This document shows positions 1 through 8,168 of a DNA stretch of 19,152 bases, piece after piece. How positions within the stretch are numbered: position 1 is the first letter of the stretch; every line of letters begins with the position of its first letter. Made by a program: the position numbers and the translations under genes. The stretch lies in assembly GCA_002794465.1 (NCBI GenBank), contig MTSL01000085.1, positions 2,979 through 22,130 of the forward strand, given 5' to 3'. The stretch is from Paramicrosporidium saccamoebae KSL3. Lineage: Eukaryota; Fungi; Cryptomycota. A model generated the notes under the pieces. It ran no database searches. It was not told where the DNA came from and saw only the letters and a list, made by a program, of their open reading frames with translations.

Positions 1-919
1 GCCTGGCAATAGAGTCTCGGACCTCTTGAGAGGCGTCCACCATGGAGTTGATTGGAACTCCAGGCAGATAGTCTGAAACTAATACTTTGCCAGTTGATAA
101 GTCATCATGGACATTAGGCACGACAAATCCGGCATCGCTCGCCAGGAGCTGTTGAAAATGTCGCATATATTTGGCTTCCCTCTGGTAATCGCATTCCCAT
201 TCCAGTTCTCTCTGTGCTACTTTGACAGAATTTTCCAAAAACAATCCCTTTGGCAGGAACTGGGAGAACGTCAGGATGGACTTTAAATTCTCCAGATCAC
301 TGACAATGCTCTGCGCAATCCCGGGATACTGAATCTTTACTGCCACCTCCTTCCCCGCTACTGTTGCCTTGTGAACCTGTCCAATAGACGCCGCTGCGAA
401 GGGCCGATCATCAAAAGTGTCAAACTTGGCTCGCCAGTGCGGTCCGAGTTCGTCACACAGCACATTCTCCATTTGCCAGGTGGGCATGAAATTGGCACTG
501 TCGCGGACGCGAGCAAAAATTGCCTCCACTTCGGGAGGAAAAATGTTATTGTCCTGCATGCTGACCATTTGGCCTAGTTTTAGAGCAGCGCCGCGCATCC
601 GGGTCAGGGTAGCGACTATCCGCTCAATGTTATCAGGGCTGAACCAAATTGACGACGATGATGCTGTCAGGATGAGAAGATGCAGGTTGGCATACATGGT
701 GTGTTTGAGACGCGCTTCAAGAGCTGGCCCGCTGCCCCGATTCCCAAGCTAGCCGCCAGACCACCAAAACGCAGTAATCTCTCACTCCTGCTCGTGGGTA
801 CGGGCGATTCCTAAGGCAGTTAAAATTCAATCAATAGGGCCTACTTGCAGAAAGGAATTGATTTGCTCTGCAATAGTCTTGCCTGTGGAAGAGTAACACT
901 TTTGAAAACTACGAAACAT
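1..919 (-). CDS. COQ8: Coq8/ABC1 (ADCK3/4) atypical kinase of ubiquinone biosynthesis; C-terminus runs off the window start
   Basis: Not in ORF track. Manual minus-strand splice: exons 919-845, 810-696, 663-<1; introns 844-811 (34 nt, GTAGGC..TTAG) and 695-664 (32 nt, GTATGC..CAG). Reads MFRSFQKCYSS...RLLRFGGLAASLG...RMRGAALKLGQM (KxGQ motif)...PFAAASIGQVHKA...VAVKIQYPG...ELEWECDYQREA. Confidence 0.95.
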
Positions 920-1162
920 TGTGGGAATTAGTGGTCAATGGTCCGGGGGTAAAGGACTTGATTGCGCGAAATAATAATTAAGAGTCGGGAAAAGGACACC
1001 TCAGTGATTGTAAGAAAAATCATGTCGCTGATTAGGAATAAAAGGTTTCCCGTGATTCTAAAAGGGAGAGCATGTCACGGATCAGGAAGAAAGAGCCTTT
1101 ACTATTGCGAGAGTACTTTACGTGTCAAAGACTACAAAAATCTTTACTACAAGCACAAACTC

Positions 1163-1209
1163 CACACAAATCTAACCTCCCCTCAATAAAGGATGTCTAT
1201 TACGAGCCT
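1163..1209 (+). repeat. Copy A of a degenerate direct repeat (partner 3085-3131)
   Basis: CACACAAATC (1163-1172) and TCCCCTCAATAAAGGA (1178-1193) are identical to 3085-3094 and 3099-3114; about 38 of 48 aligned columns match by hand. Confidence 0.85.
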
Positions 1210-1259
1210 CATAATATTTATTCTAATCGTCTCCAAATCTGCATTTTTAAAAGTCGATA

Positions 1260-2864
1260 TCAGATAGGGAAAGTCATAAAAGTACACACGCAACAAATGA
1301 TGTATAGGGCCAGTCCCAGATCTCCCTCAAATACAATGCCCAAACCCCACATCAGAGAGTAAAAAAGCACATAAATGACGACACAAACTAGAGCTGCCGG
1401 AGCAAGAACTGTTGCCAATACGTTACCCGAGGGGCTCGGAAGTGAAGTTGGGCTCGGCCATAGTGGTGCTGCTTGTATGACCTCGGTGCCTATGTAAACT
1501 ACAAATCCCGCCTGATCGTATAACAGTCCCCCCAATATATATAGTGCGGGTGTATAACAAAGCAGCCGTTTGCTCAGACACCGGTACAGGGCAGTAGAAA
1601 CTGGTAGATTCCCCACATGCGCACGGTAAAGAATATTACTGGTCAGGGTGCGTGCGTATGCCTTGATGATGGCATAACTGACCTCTACTCTTTCTGTTGA
1701 AAGAACCAGAGTCGTGGCCTCTAGAATCGACGTAGTTGTAATCAGAATCAGCGTCAGCTCACCAAGCAGACAGGAAATTTCACGACACACCATTGGGCAT
1801 CCTCGATGATCCAAGAAGCTTAGTGGATCATCAAACGTTTGTCTAAAGAGCAATGATCGCCCAAGATTGTCATAATTGGCCCACCACTCGAGTAATTGTG
1901 TATGATCCAGCATTTCTGTCGGTATCTGGAGTCGATGTCCACCAACGTCATGCAAAAAGTCTATCCATTGTATATTGCGCATGGCTAAATTGTCACTGAG
2001 ACCTGGGAATCCTGGGAGTGACCTTTGGATCTTCAGCATCGACGCAGCAATCGGAGGGGGAAGGACATTAGTAAGCGATGGGCCATATATACGAATCTGT
2101 ATGAAAAGTTTCACGACGAGGAATGGGGGTGCATGATCGATTTCAACATTTTCCAGATACTCGTTAATTGAGGCCCTTTTTTGCACATTGGAGTTTGTGG
2201 GGTGGCGTATCATGAGGCCTAACAGTAGTGTACGCCAGGCAGCATATGGAAAATCCCCTATAACAGCACGCCGTTTCTCCAAGTCTTCCAAACGCAACTC
2301 ATAATCCAATTTGGAAAAGGTAACATTTCGTTCATCTAGTGATATCATTTCGGCAAGCTCGCTGTAAAAGGGCCCAATTTCATTTTCGGTAGCGCAAAAT
2401 GCCACAGAAATATCTCCATAGAGCGTGATTTGACCCCCGATTCTCCTGACAATTGTAATTCTGTCCTCGGGTGTGAAGATGGAATGTTTGTCGAAGCCAA
2501 AGCTCACGACACCTGGCTTGTACTCTGAAAGGCGTGGTTTAATCAATGTCGTCAGACTGGGATTATTGCAAAGGAGTTTGAAAGGAAACACAAACTGGTG
2601 CAGGTGGGGCTTGTCAAAGTAGTTTTGGAAGAGAGTAGCACTTTGCGACTTGGTGAGCAAACTCTCTTCGTAGTCATCAAGCAATGGTTGCTTTTCATTT
2701 GTGAGCAGCGACGAGAAGACATTTTGCATCTCGTGAATCTCGTGGTCGATGGACGCCACCAAGGCAGTACGTGACCCTTTCCGAATATCATAGTACATGG
2801 TCTGTAGAGTGACATGCAGTGTGATACCATAAGCACAGCCAGTCAGTAAACTCCGCCACCACAT
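1260..2864 (-). CDS. Hypothetical 534-aa protein with a possible N-terminal signal/anchor and two C-terminal hydrophobic segments
   Basis: Uninterrupted ATG-started 1605-nt ORF filling an otherwise empty gap. No recognisable family motif. Hydrophobic C-terminus VLAPAALVCVVIYVLFYSLMWGLGIVF and LGLALYIICCVCTFMTFPI. Confidence 0.75.
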   Translation of the reverse strand: MWWRSLLTGCAYGITLHVTLQTMYYDIRKGSRTALVASIDHEIHEMQNVFSSLLTNEKQPLLDDYEESLLTKSQSATLFQNYFDKPHLHQFVFPFKLLCNNPSLTTLIKPRLSEYKPGVVSFGFDKHSIFTPEDRITIVRRIGGQITLYGDISVAFCATENEIGPFYSELAEMISLDERNVTFSKLDYELRLEDLEKRRAVIGDFPYAAWRTLLLGLMIRHPTNSNVQKRASINEYLENVEIDHAPPFLVVKLFIQIRIYGPSLTNVLPPPIAASMLKIQRSLPGFPGLSDNLAMRNIQWIDFLHDVGGHRLQIPTEMLDHTQLLEWWANYDNLGRSLLFRQTFDDPLSFLDHRGCPMVCREISCLLGELTLILITTTSILEATTLVLSTERVEVSYAIIKAYARTLTSNILYRAHVGNLPVSTALYRCLSKRLLCYTPALYILGGLLYDQAGFVVYIGTEVIQAAPLWPSPTSLPSPSGNVLATVLAPAALVCVVIYVLFYSLMWGLGIVFEGDLGLALYIICCVCTFMTFPI

Positions 2865-3084
2865 TGCAAATTAACCAGGGACCCGGATGGAATACTCTTA
2901 GGATAAGATTTATGATTCTCTGATGAACATTGTAAGGAAAGACCAATTCCGACAAGCCACAGGAGGGAGATGGTGCGGTATACATATGGTCACTGTGGGA
3001 GGCTCTATCAGAGATTTGATAAGGGAACTTTACTACAAATCTCTCGCACACACCTGTACGGAACAAAATCCTCCCAATAGCCCT

Positions 3085-3131
3085 CACACAAATCAAAATC
3101 CCCTCAATAAAGGAGCCACTACTACAAACCT
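3085..3131 (+). repeat. Copy B of the degenerate direct repeat (partner 1163-1209)
   Basis: See copy A; offset between copies is 1921-1922 bp. Confidence 0.85.
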
Positions 3132-3241
3132 AAACCTCACATTGGATAAAGTCGGCTGTTTGTCGAATTGTTCGCCGTTAAGGTATGATTGGGCGACTCG
3201 TAATGACCATCCTGATCCGGGCGAATTAGCACCGGACTTGG

Positions 3242-3328
3242 CGCTGATTGGCCACAATTCGAGGTTCAGGATCGCTGATTGGCACAAACAGACTGTGCAC
3301 GCCGTCTGCCTTCTGGTGTGTATATAAG
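3242..3328 (+). promoter_or_regulatory. Tandem inverted CCAAT boxes plus TATA box upstream of the cyclin gene
   Basis: CGCTGATTGGC occurs exactly at 3242-3252 and 3273-3283 (31-bp spacing); another ATTGG at 3188-3192; TATATAAG at 3321-3328. Confidence 0.6.
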
Positions 3329-3340
3329 CAAGAGGGAGAT

Positions 3341-4207
3341 ATGGCTCGGAGATGCTGCTCTGAGATGTACCATCAGCAGAGTGGTTGGAGCATTAGAACC
3401 GATGGGGACGAACGGAGCGGCGAAGATTCCTGGAACTCTGTGTCTCCCCCCGATGATCGAAGGCAATTCTTGTCCATGGGACGGCCACAAGGAGTGGATG
3501 TCGAATGGCGCACCTTTCTGGGCCATTGGAACCAGCCAATGCTTCGGATGTTAATTGCCGAACGCATTCCCGATTTGGTGGCCATCATCTGGCAGCGTGA
3601 ATTTGTGGAATTGCCTTTGCATGGAACCATGGGATTCCCTCCGCGGAGAGCACCAGCTGACGAGGATGCGGTCCATGCGACACGAAAGCTGCTGCATGCA
3701 ATCCTCAACCGAACACGGATTACCACCGCTGCCATGTTATTGGCACTGTTCTTTGTACATCGCTATCGGATCTTTCCCGATTCCGAAGTGGGCTGTGCCG
3801 GATCGCAATATCGCATGTTTCTGGTCGGAATGTTGCTTGCGCACAAATACAGCGAAGACCATCCCTTTTCAAATCGTGTCTGGGCACAGCTCTCCGAGTT
3901 ACAAGTCAGTCATGTTAATGTGATGGAGCGGGACTTTTTGCGACGAATTGATCATCGTCTGTCGGTGCAATTGGAAGAGTTTCAGTTATGGGTGGTTGCT
4001 CTTGACCGTCGCTTCGGATGGACAGGGGCAGTCAGTATGAACACGAGTTATCGGACGATGCCGCTTCCACCGATACCCAACATGATCCGGACTCCTGCTC
4101 CAGTACAGGCCAAGAACGACAATAGTCAGAGGAGACCCGCGTCCAAGATTCATTTGGATCTGCCAACCACTTCGGCCCGTCGAAATAGTCATATCTTTTC
4201 CCTATAG
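3341..4207 (+). CDS. Pho85/PCL-type cyclin (cyclin-box protein)
   Basis: Cyclin-box text LLHAILNRTRITTAAMLLALFFVHRY...YRMFLVGMLLAHKYSEDHPFSNRVWAQLS...VNVMERDFLRRIDHRL. The track start at 3248 is non-ATG; in-frame ATGs are at 3341 and 3365, and the TATA position favours 3365. Confidence 0.85.
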   Translation: MARRCCSEMYHQQSGWSIRTDGDERSGEDSWNSVSPPDDRRQFLSMGRPQGVDVEWRTFLGHWNQPMLRMLIAERIPDLVAIIWQREFVELPLHGTMGFPPRRAPADEDAVHATRKLLHAILNRTRITTAAMLLALFFVHRYRIFPDSEVGCAGSQYRMFLVGMLLAHKYSEDHPFSNRVWAQLSELQVSHVNVMERDFLRRIDHRLSVQLEEFQLWVVALDRRFGWTGAVSMNTSYRTMPLPPIPNMIRTPAPVQAKNDNSQRRPASKIHLDLPTTSARRNSHIFSL

Positions 4208-4467
4208 AAATTGCAAGTACAATGAGTTTTGTTAAAAGTATAAAGTTTGTGTGAAATGCGTGTCGAGTTGTAGCGACCATTTTTTGCTCTAGATCTGTAG
4301 ATTTGTGAGAGGATGGTATTAAAGAAAGACTTTTTCTCTAGTTTGTATACATAGTATGTTCTGATCGTAGATGATTGAAATCTAGGACTCTAAGCCTACC
4401 ATTAGGGTTCTCGGACCCACACAGATACTAAACCCACCAACACTGACTCACATTCCAATTTTTACTT

Positions 4468-5050
4468 TTACTTTTTCTCTTTTCTCATTTCGTCGGGAAC
4501 AGTTTTTCGGGCCGCCGTCAAACCCATCATCAGCATCACAGCCGCCAGGCCGGCCATCTGTCCATACAGACGGACATTCATAAACTTTTGTGCGCCTGTC
4601 GTGTTGCTGTTTTGCATCACTTTGTATCCAGTGCCAAGTACAGCCGCGCTTACAGCGGTGCCAAAAATGGCCAAACGATGGTCGACTATGGCCTGTGTTG
4701 TGGAGCGCTCCTGGTTCGCGGCCGGACGGGTAAGTCGATAGACTGCATGTTCCGAGGCAAATGTGCCCGCCCCAAATGTCGCCACTAGCCATTAGTACAT
4801 GTGCTAGAATCGTACTGGAAACAAAAATGGCCTTGATAGGCAGACGAAGTACACGATATGACGTCGCTAAAATATAAACTCAGAAGGGCCAGTTAGTACA
4901 GAATCGGCTCAGCAGCAGTGACAAGCCAAGACCACCCGCCAGTCCATACGACGCACCACGCAAAAATCCATTTCTTGACACTTTATATGCAGTATCTGAG
5001 CGCGCCTGTTCCTCTTCAAGACGTTTGTTCCGCTGTTCTGTGGGTTCCAT
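4468..5050 (-). CDS. RCF2: Rcf2-like HIG1-domain respiratory supercomplex factor, 172 aa
   Basis: Joins two track ORFs: exons 5050-4900, 4866-4816, 4784-4468 (519 nt); introns 4899-4867 (33 nt) and 4815-4785 (31 nt). Spliced text LSRFSTSYRVLRLPIKAIFVS; C-terminal TGAQKFMNVRLYGQ resembles the HIG1 motif. Confidence 0.8.
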
Positions 5051-5107
5051 CGCATGAAACACTGACGATCTCAGCCAATAGGATCTGCCGATAAATAAAA
5101 ATAAAGT

Positions 5108-6610
5108 TTACTCATTCGGATGGGGGCGGGTCATTGGGGGCGTGTCTTGATGCATTGGGGGAGAATAGTGGCCGTAGGGCTGACCATAGGGAGGCACAGG
5201 ATAGCCGTACACAGGGTCGCCCATCATGTACTGGGACGGTGGTGGCATAGAGTAAGGATTATAATAGCCTCCCCCATGTGGAGGATACATGGGAGGGGGA
5301 GCATAATGCTGTGGAATAAACGGCTGGCCATAAGGAACAACTAAAGAATGAGAATACACGTCTGATCTACATGGTGCAGCAGCCACGGTGGGAACGAACG
5401 CCGATGCATTCGGATTTAAATGCTTCCCAGTTGAAGAGGCGGATTGGGGTGACATTGACTCTGTTGGACTCAGTTTGTTTGAAATCTTGTCGCTAAACGC
5501 TTTATACTCCATCGCCTTGTCCTTCTTGTGCTTCTCAAACATTTCTCGTCGACACGCCTCATGGACAACGGCTCCAAATTGCGGATTGTTCTCGGCAACC
5601 TGACTCATCCTACGCTGCAGATTCTCCGTTGTCGTCTGGACCACCTCCATTGCCTGATTCAGCGACTCGGGAGTCACCTGCAGGTTGACAATAGATCTCC
5701 GTGGCTTGCGCTCCGACACTTCCGAGGCGGTGGGAGATGTTTTGTTGGTGGATGAGGTGGAGGAAGGCATACTCACTATGGGGATTTTTCCCTCTAAAGG
5801 AGCAGTCGTCGGCTTCTTGGGGGAGGACACTCCATTAGCCATTGCCGCTTGTTTGTATGAAACTGGCGAACGTTGTGCTAACCGCGCATCTTGGTCAGTA
5901 TGGGTGGAGCGTTTTGCTTCTGGTGCTCTAACAACGGCGCCATATCGGTCCTCTTCGTCTATTTGACTATCATCAAAAATCTTTCCCCTTTCCTCCATGA
6001 CATGCACATTTGTTGTTCCGCCCCTCTCAATCTCTCTCGCCAGTCGCGCCGCCTCCTTCTCCATTCTTCCATAGTCAGCGCTCTCTCGATCAATCACTGT
6101 GGTGTACTCGTGTTCGTCAAAACTGGTCACTACGCCAAAAAGTCTCTCATTCAGCTCAAACTGGTTCCAACTGCCAGGCGGGCCGTCCTCCAGTCCGTCA
6201 AGTTCCGTTTCATCGCCGCCCTCCCATCGGGACAGCTCGCGTTGTCGAGACACACCGCCGCTGATTTCAGAATCGGTGGCAAACGCAGTGCTACCCGTCA
6301 CTTCGGCAAAGTTGACCGTCTCAGCCACCAGCGAGCACAGGTCGGCAAGGGGAAACTTGAACATTTGATGGTCGACGCTCTTCTCTCCGTCCACCAAGTG
6401 CGCCAGTCTAATGGAAATTTGCTTTTCCTTCTGGTCAAACGCATGAAATATGCCCTCTACGCGCACACCACTCGACAGTCGGACGGTTACCAAGGTTCCC
6501 GTTAGCGCAAGGAGGACAAAGCCAGTGCGGGGATTTGTTTCAGACGGCTTAGCGGGTTTATTTGGCGAAGATGAGTGTTTTGTTGGCTTTGTGATAACGT
6601 CTCCTCCCAT
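5108..6610 (-). CDS. PBP1: Ataxin-2/Pbp1 poly(A)-binding-protein interactor (LSm, LsmAD, PAM2, Pro/Tyr-rich tail)
   Basis: LSm (TLVTVRLSSGVRVEGIFH), LsmAD (WNQFELNERLFGVVTSFDEHEYTTVIDR...NVHVMEERG...EEDRYGAV), PAM2-like KHLNPNASAFVP. Start uncertain: 6610 preferred, because upstream in-frame ATGs up to 6739 lie in a tandem repeat. Possible 30-nt intron at 5370-5341. Confidence 0.9.
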   Translation of the reverse strand: MGGDVITKPTKHSSSPNKPAKPSETNPRTGFVLLALTGTLVTVRLSSGVRVEGIFHAFDQKEKQISIRLAHLVDGEKSVDHQMFKFPLADLCSLVAETVNFAEVTGSTAFATDSEISGGVSRQRELSRWEGGDETELDGLEDGPPGSWNQFELNERLFGVVTSFDEHEYTTVIDRESADYGRMEKEAARLAREIERGGTTNVHVMEERGKIFDDSQIDEEDRYGAVVRAPEAKRSTHTDQDARLAQRSPVSYKQAAMANGVSSPKKPTTAPLEGKIPIVSMPSSTSSTNKTSPTASEVSERKPRRSIVNLQVTPESLNQAMEVVQTTTENLQRRMSQVAENNPQFGAVVHEACRREMFEKHKKDKAMEYKAFSDKISNKLSPTESMSPQSASSTGKHLNPNASAFVPTVAAAPCRSDVYSHSLVVPYGQPFIPQHYAPPPMYPPHGGGYYNPYSMPPPSQYMMGDPVYGYPVPPYGQPYGHYSPPMHQDTPPMTRPHPNE

Positions 6611-6657
6611 CCCAAGTCCTAGAGTACAGGGGATGTCACCATTGATGACTGCGTATC

Positions 6658-6741
6658 CATAATGCATGCTATACATGGCATAAGGCCTAATATACACGTC
6701 ACAAGGCCTAATATACACGCCATAAGGCATAATATACATGG
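6658..6741. repeat. 4 x 21-bp tandem repeat
   Basis: Units cataatgcatgctatacatgg / cataaggcctaatatacacgt / cacaaggcctaatatacacgc / cataaggcataatatacatgg, with no spacers. Confidence 0.95.
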
Positions 6742-6761
6742 TGCCGCTCGATATATCGCGT

Positions 6762-7986
6762 TTAAATTTGCTTAGACTGCTCTAGTGATTTTAGTTGTCC
6801 GCACGCCGCCATAATATCTTGGCCTCGGGTCTTTCTAATCGTGGTGGGAACGTCGAGACTCTCCAGTAGCTCACGGAACTGTTCTATTACCTTCATTGAT
6901 GTACATTCATATCCTGCACCTGGCCAGCTGTTAAATGGGATCAGATTCACATGTATCGGCATCCCAACTAACAGCGCAGCCAATTGTCGGGCATGTTGTG
7001 ATTGGTCGTTAATGCCTTTCAGCATGACATATTCAAAGGACACCCGGCGGGTGGCACAAGATGCATGTTCTATGAATTTGTGAATGGCAGAGAAGAGGAC
7101 GGGCAGAGGATAGGTTTTGTTAATGGGCATAATTTGGGAACGCAAGGCATCGTTAGGTGCATGCAAGGACACTGCCAAATTAACGCCCAGCTCGGTCGCA
7201 ATTTTGGGTATCAGCGGCGCGATCCCGGACGTGGACACTGTAACTTTACCGCGTCCAAATCCCAAGCCCCGCTGATCAGTCATGATGGATACTGCTTTGG
7301 ACAGATTCTTGAAATTATACAGCGGCTCCCCTTGCCCCATGAACACGATATTGCTGATGGTGGAGCGGATTGAATCGGGAAGAACGAGATATTGACGAAG
7401 GATATCACCCGAGGTGAGGTTACTGTCAAACTTCTGGGTGCCCGTGTGGCAGAACGTACACTGGAGGGAGCATCCAACCTGGCTACTGATGCATAGCGTT
7501 GAGCGTTCCTCTTCTGGTATTAAAACCGCTAAACAGTCTACTCTGACTGATCATTAGGTACCTTCAATTGTCCGTGTAGGTGCCACCTTGATGAGGTATT
7601 TTCGTGTTCCGTCTGAGGATTGCTGTCGTGCGATAATGGTACCATGGTCCAGTGTGGTGCGCATCTGAAGCCATTCCCTCAATACCTTTGGGATGCCAAT
7701 GGCGTCTTCCCATCGTCTGCCTCCTATCCATGGTTACAAACCCTACTTTACAAATACGCTGGAAATGGACGAATTGATAAACTTGGGAGGGTCGATATCG
7801 TTCAAACTCACCGTCCTGAAGGAGATTGGTAAAATCTTTCACAGTATTTCCAACTGCATCTTGTAAACTGGGTAAACCTGTTGCAGTCTTCTCACTTGCC
7901 GTGCTTCTCCCAACTATATTCTGTAATTCTTTTTGGACCACGGCAATATTCTCGCTCGACAAGAAACGTACAGGAATTTTCCTCAT
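6762..7986 (-). CDS. rlmN: RlmN-family radical-SAM RNA C2-adenosine methyltransferase, 385 aa (406 aa if ATG 8049 is used)
   Basis: Exons 7986-7758, 7723-7562, 7528-6762 (1158 nt); introns 7757-7724 (34 nt, donor inferred from reading frame) and 7561-7529 (33 nt). The spliced product has SSDGTRKYLI, IEAVLIP, TLCISSQVGCSLQCTFCHTG (CxxxCxxC), MGQGEPLYN, FEYVML, VNLIPFN, RGQDIMAACGQL. The cluster motif lies outside the track ORFs. Confidence 0.95.
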
Positions 7987-8071
7987 TCGGCCTACTTGAG
8001 CATTATCTATTTTTTCGTATCTAATATTTTCGTATGTGCTGTGGTGCATCTACTGTTTTGCAATTACACTC

Positions 8072-8118
8072 GCATATCCCTTCACACAACTGCATATCCC
8101 TCCACACAACTGCATATC
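8072..8118. repeat. 2.35 x 20-bp tandem repeat
   Basis: gcatatcccttcacacaact / gcatatccctccacacaact / gcatatc. Confidence 0.9.
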
Positions 8119-8168
8119 AATGCTCTACATCATAGTACCGATGATTTATATAGTTTAATGGTATACAG

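Noticed and set aside
962-1362. Small plus-strand ORFs 962-1189 and 1072-1362 (also 2923-3327)
   Set aside because: Non-ATG or weak starts and no family motifs; the shared IVRK/LYYK/HTN words simply reflect the DNA repeat.
1009-3126. Intact LTR retrotransposon
   Set aside because: No primer-binding site after copy A, no polypurine tract before copy B, no target-site duplication around the pair, and no gag/pol motifs in the enclosed ORF.
4370-4446. Possible C/D snoRNA (GATGA...CTGA) with a 9-nt complement to LSU UGGGUUUAG
   Set aside because: The C box is incomplete and the complementary stretch ends 6 nt upstream of the D box, which breaks the D+5 rule.
6611-6739. 43-aa N-terminal extension of Pbp1 (MYIMPYG repeats)
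   Set aside because: It is the translation of the 21-bp DNA repeat, begins 22 nt from the rlmN stop and has no Ataxin-2 similarity; not excluded, but unsupported.
6762-7986. Cfr antibiotic-resistance methyltransferase or bacterial contaminant
   Set aside because: Motifs are RlmN-type and the gene carries host-type micro-introns.
6658-8118. CRISPR-like arrays
   Set aside because: The repeats are head-to-tail with no unique spacers, there are no cas genes, and the context is eukaryotic.
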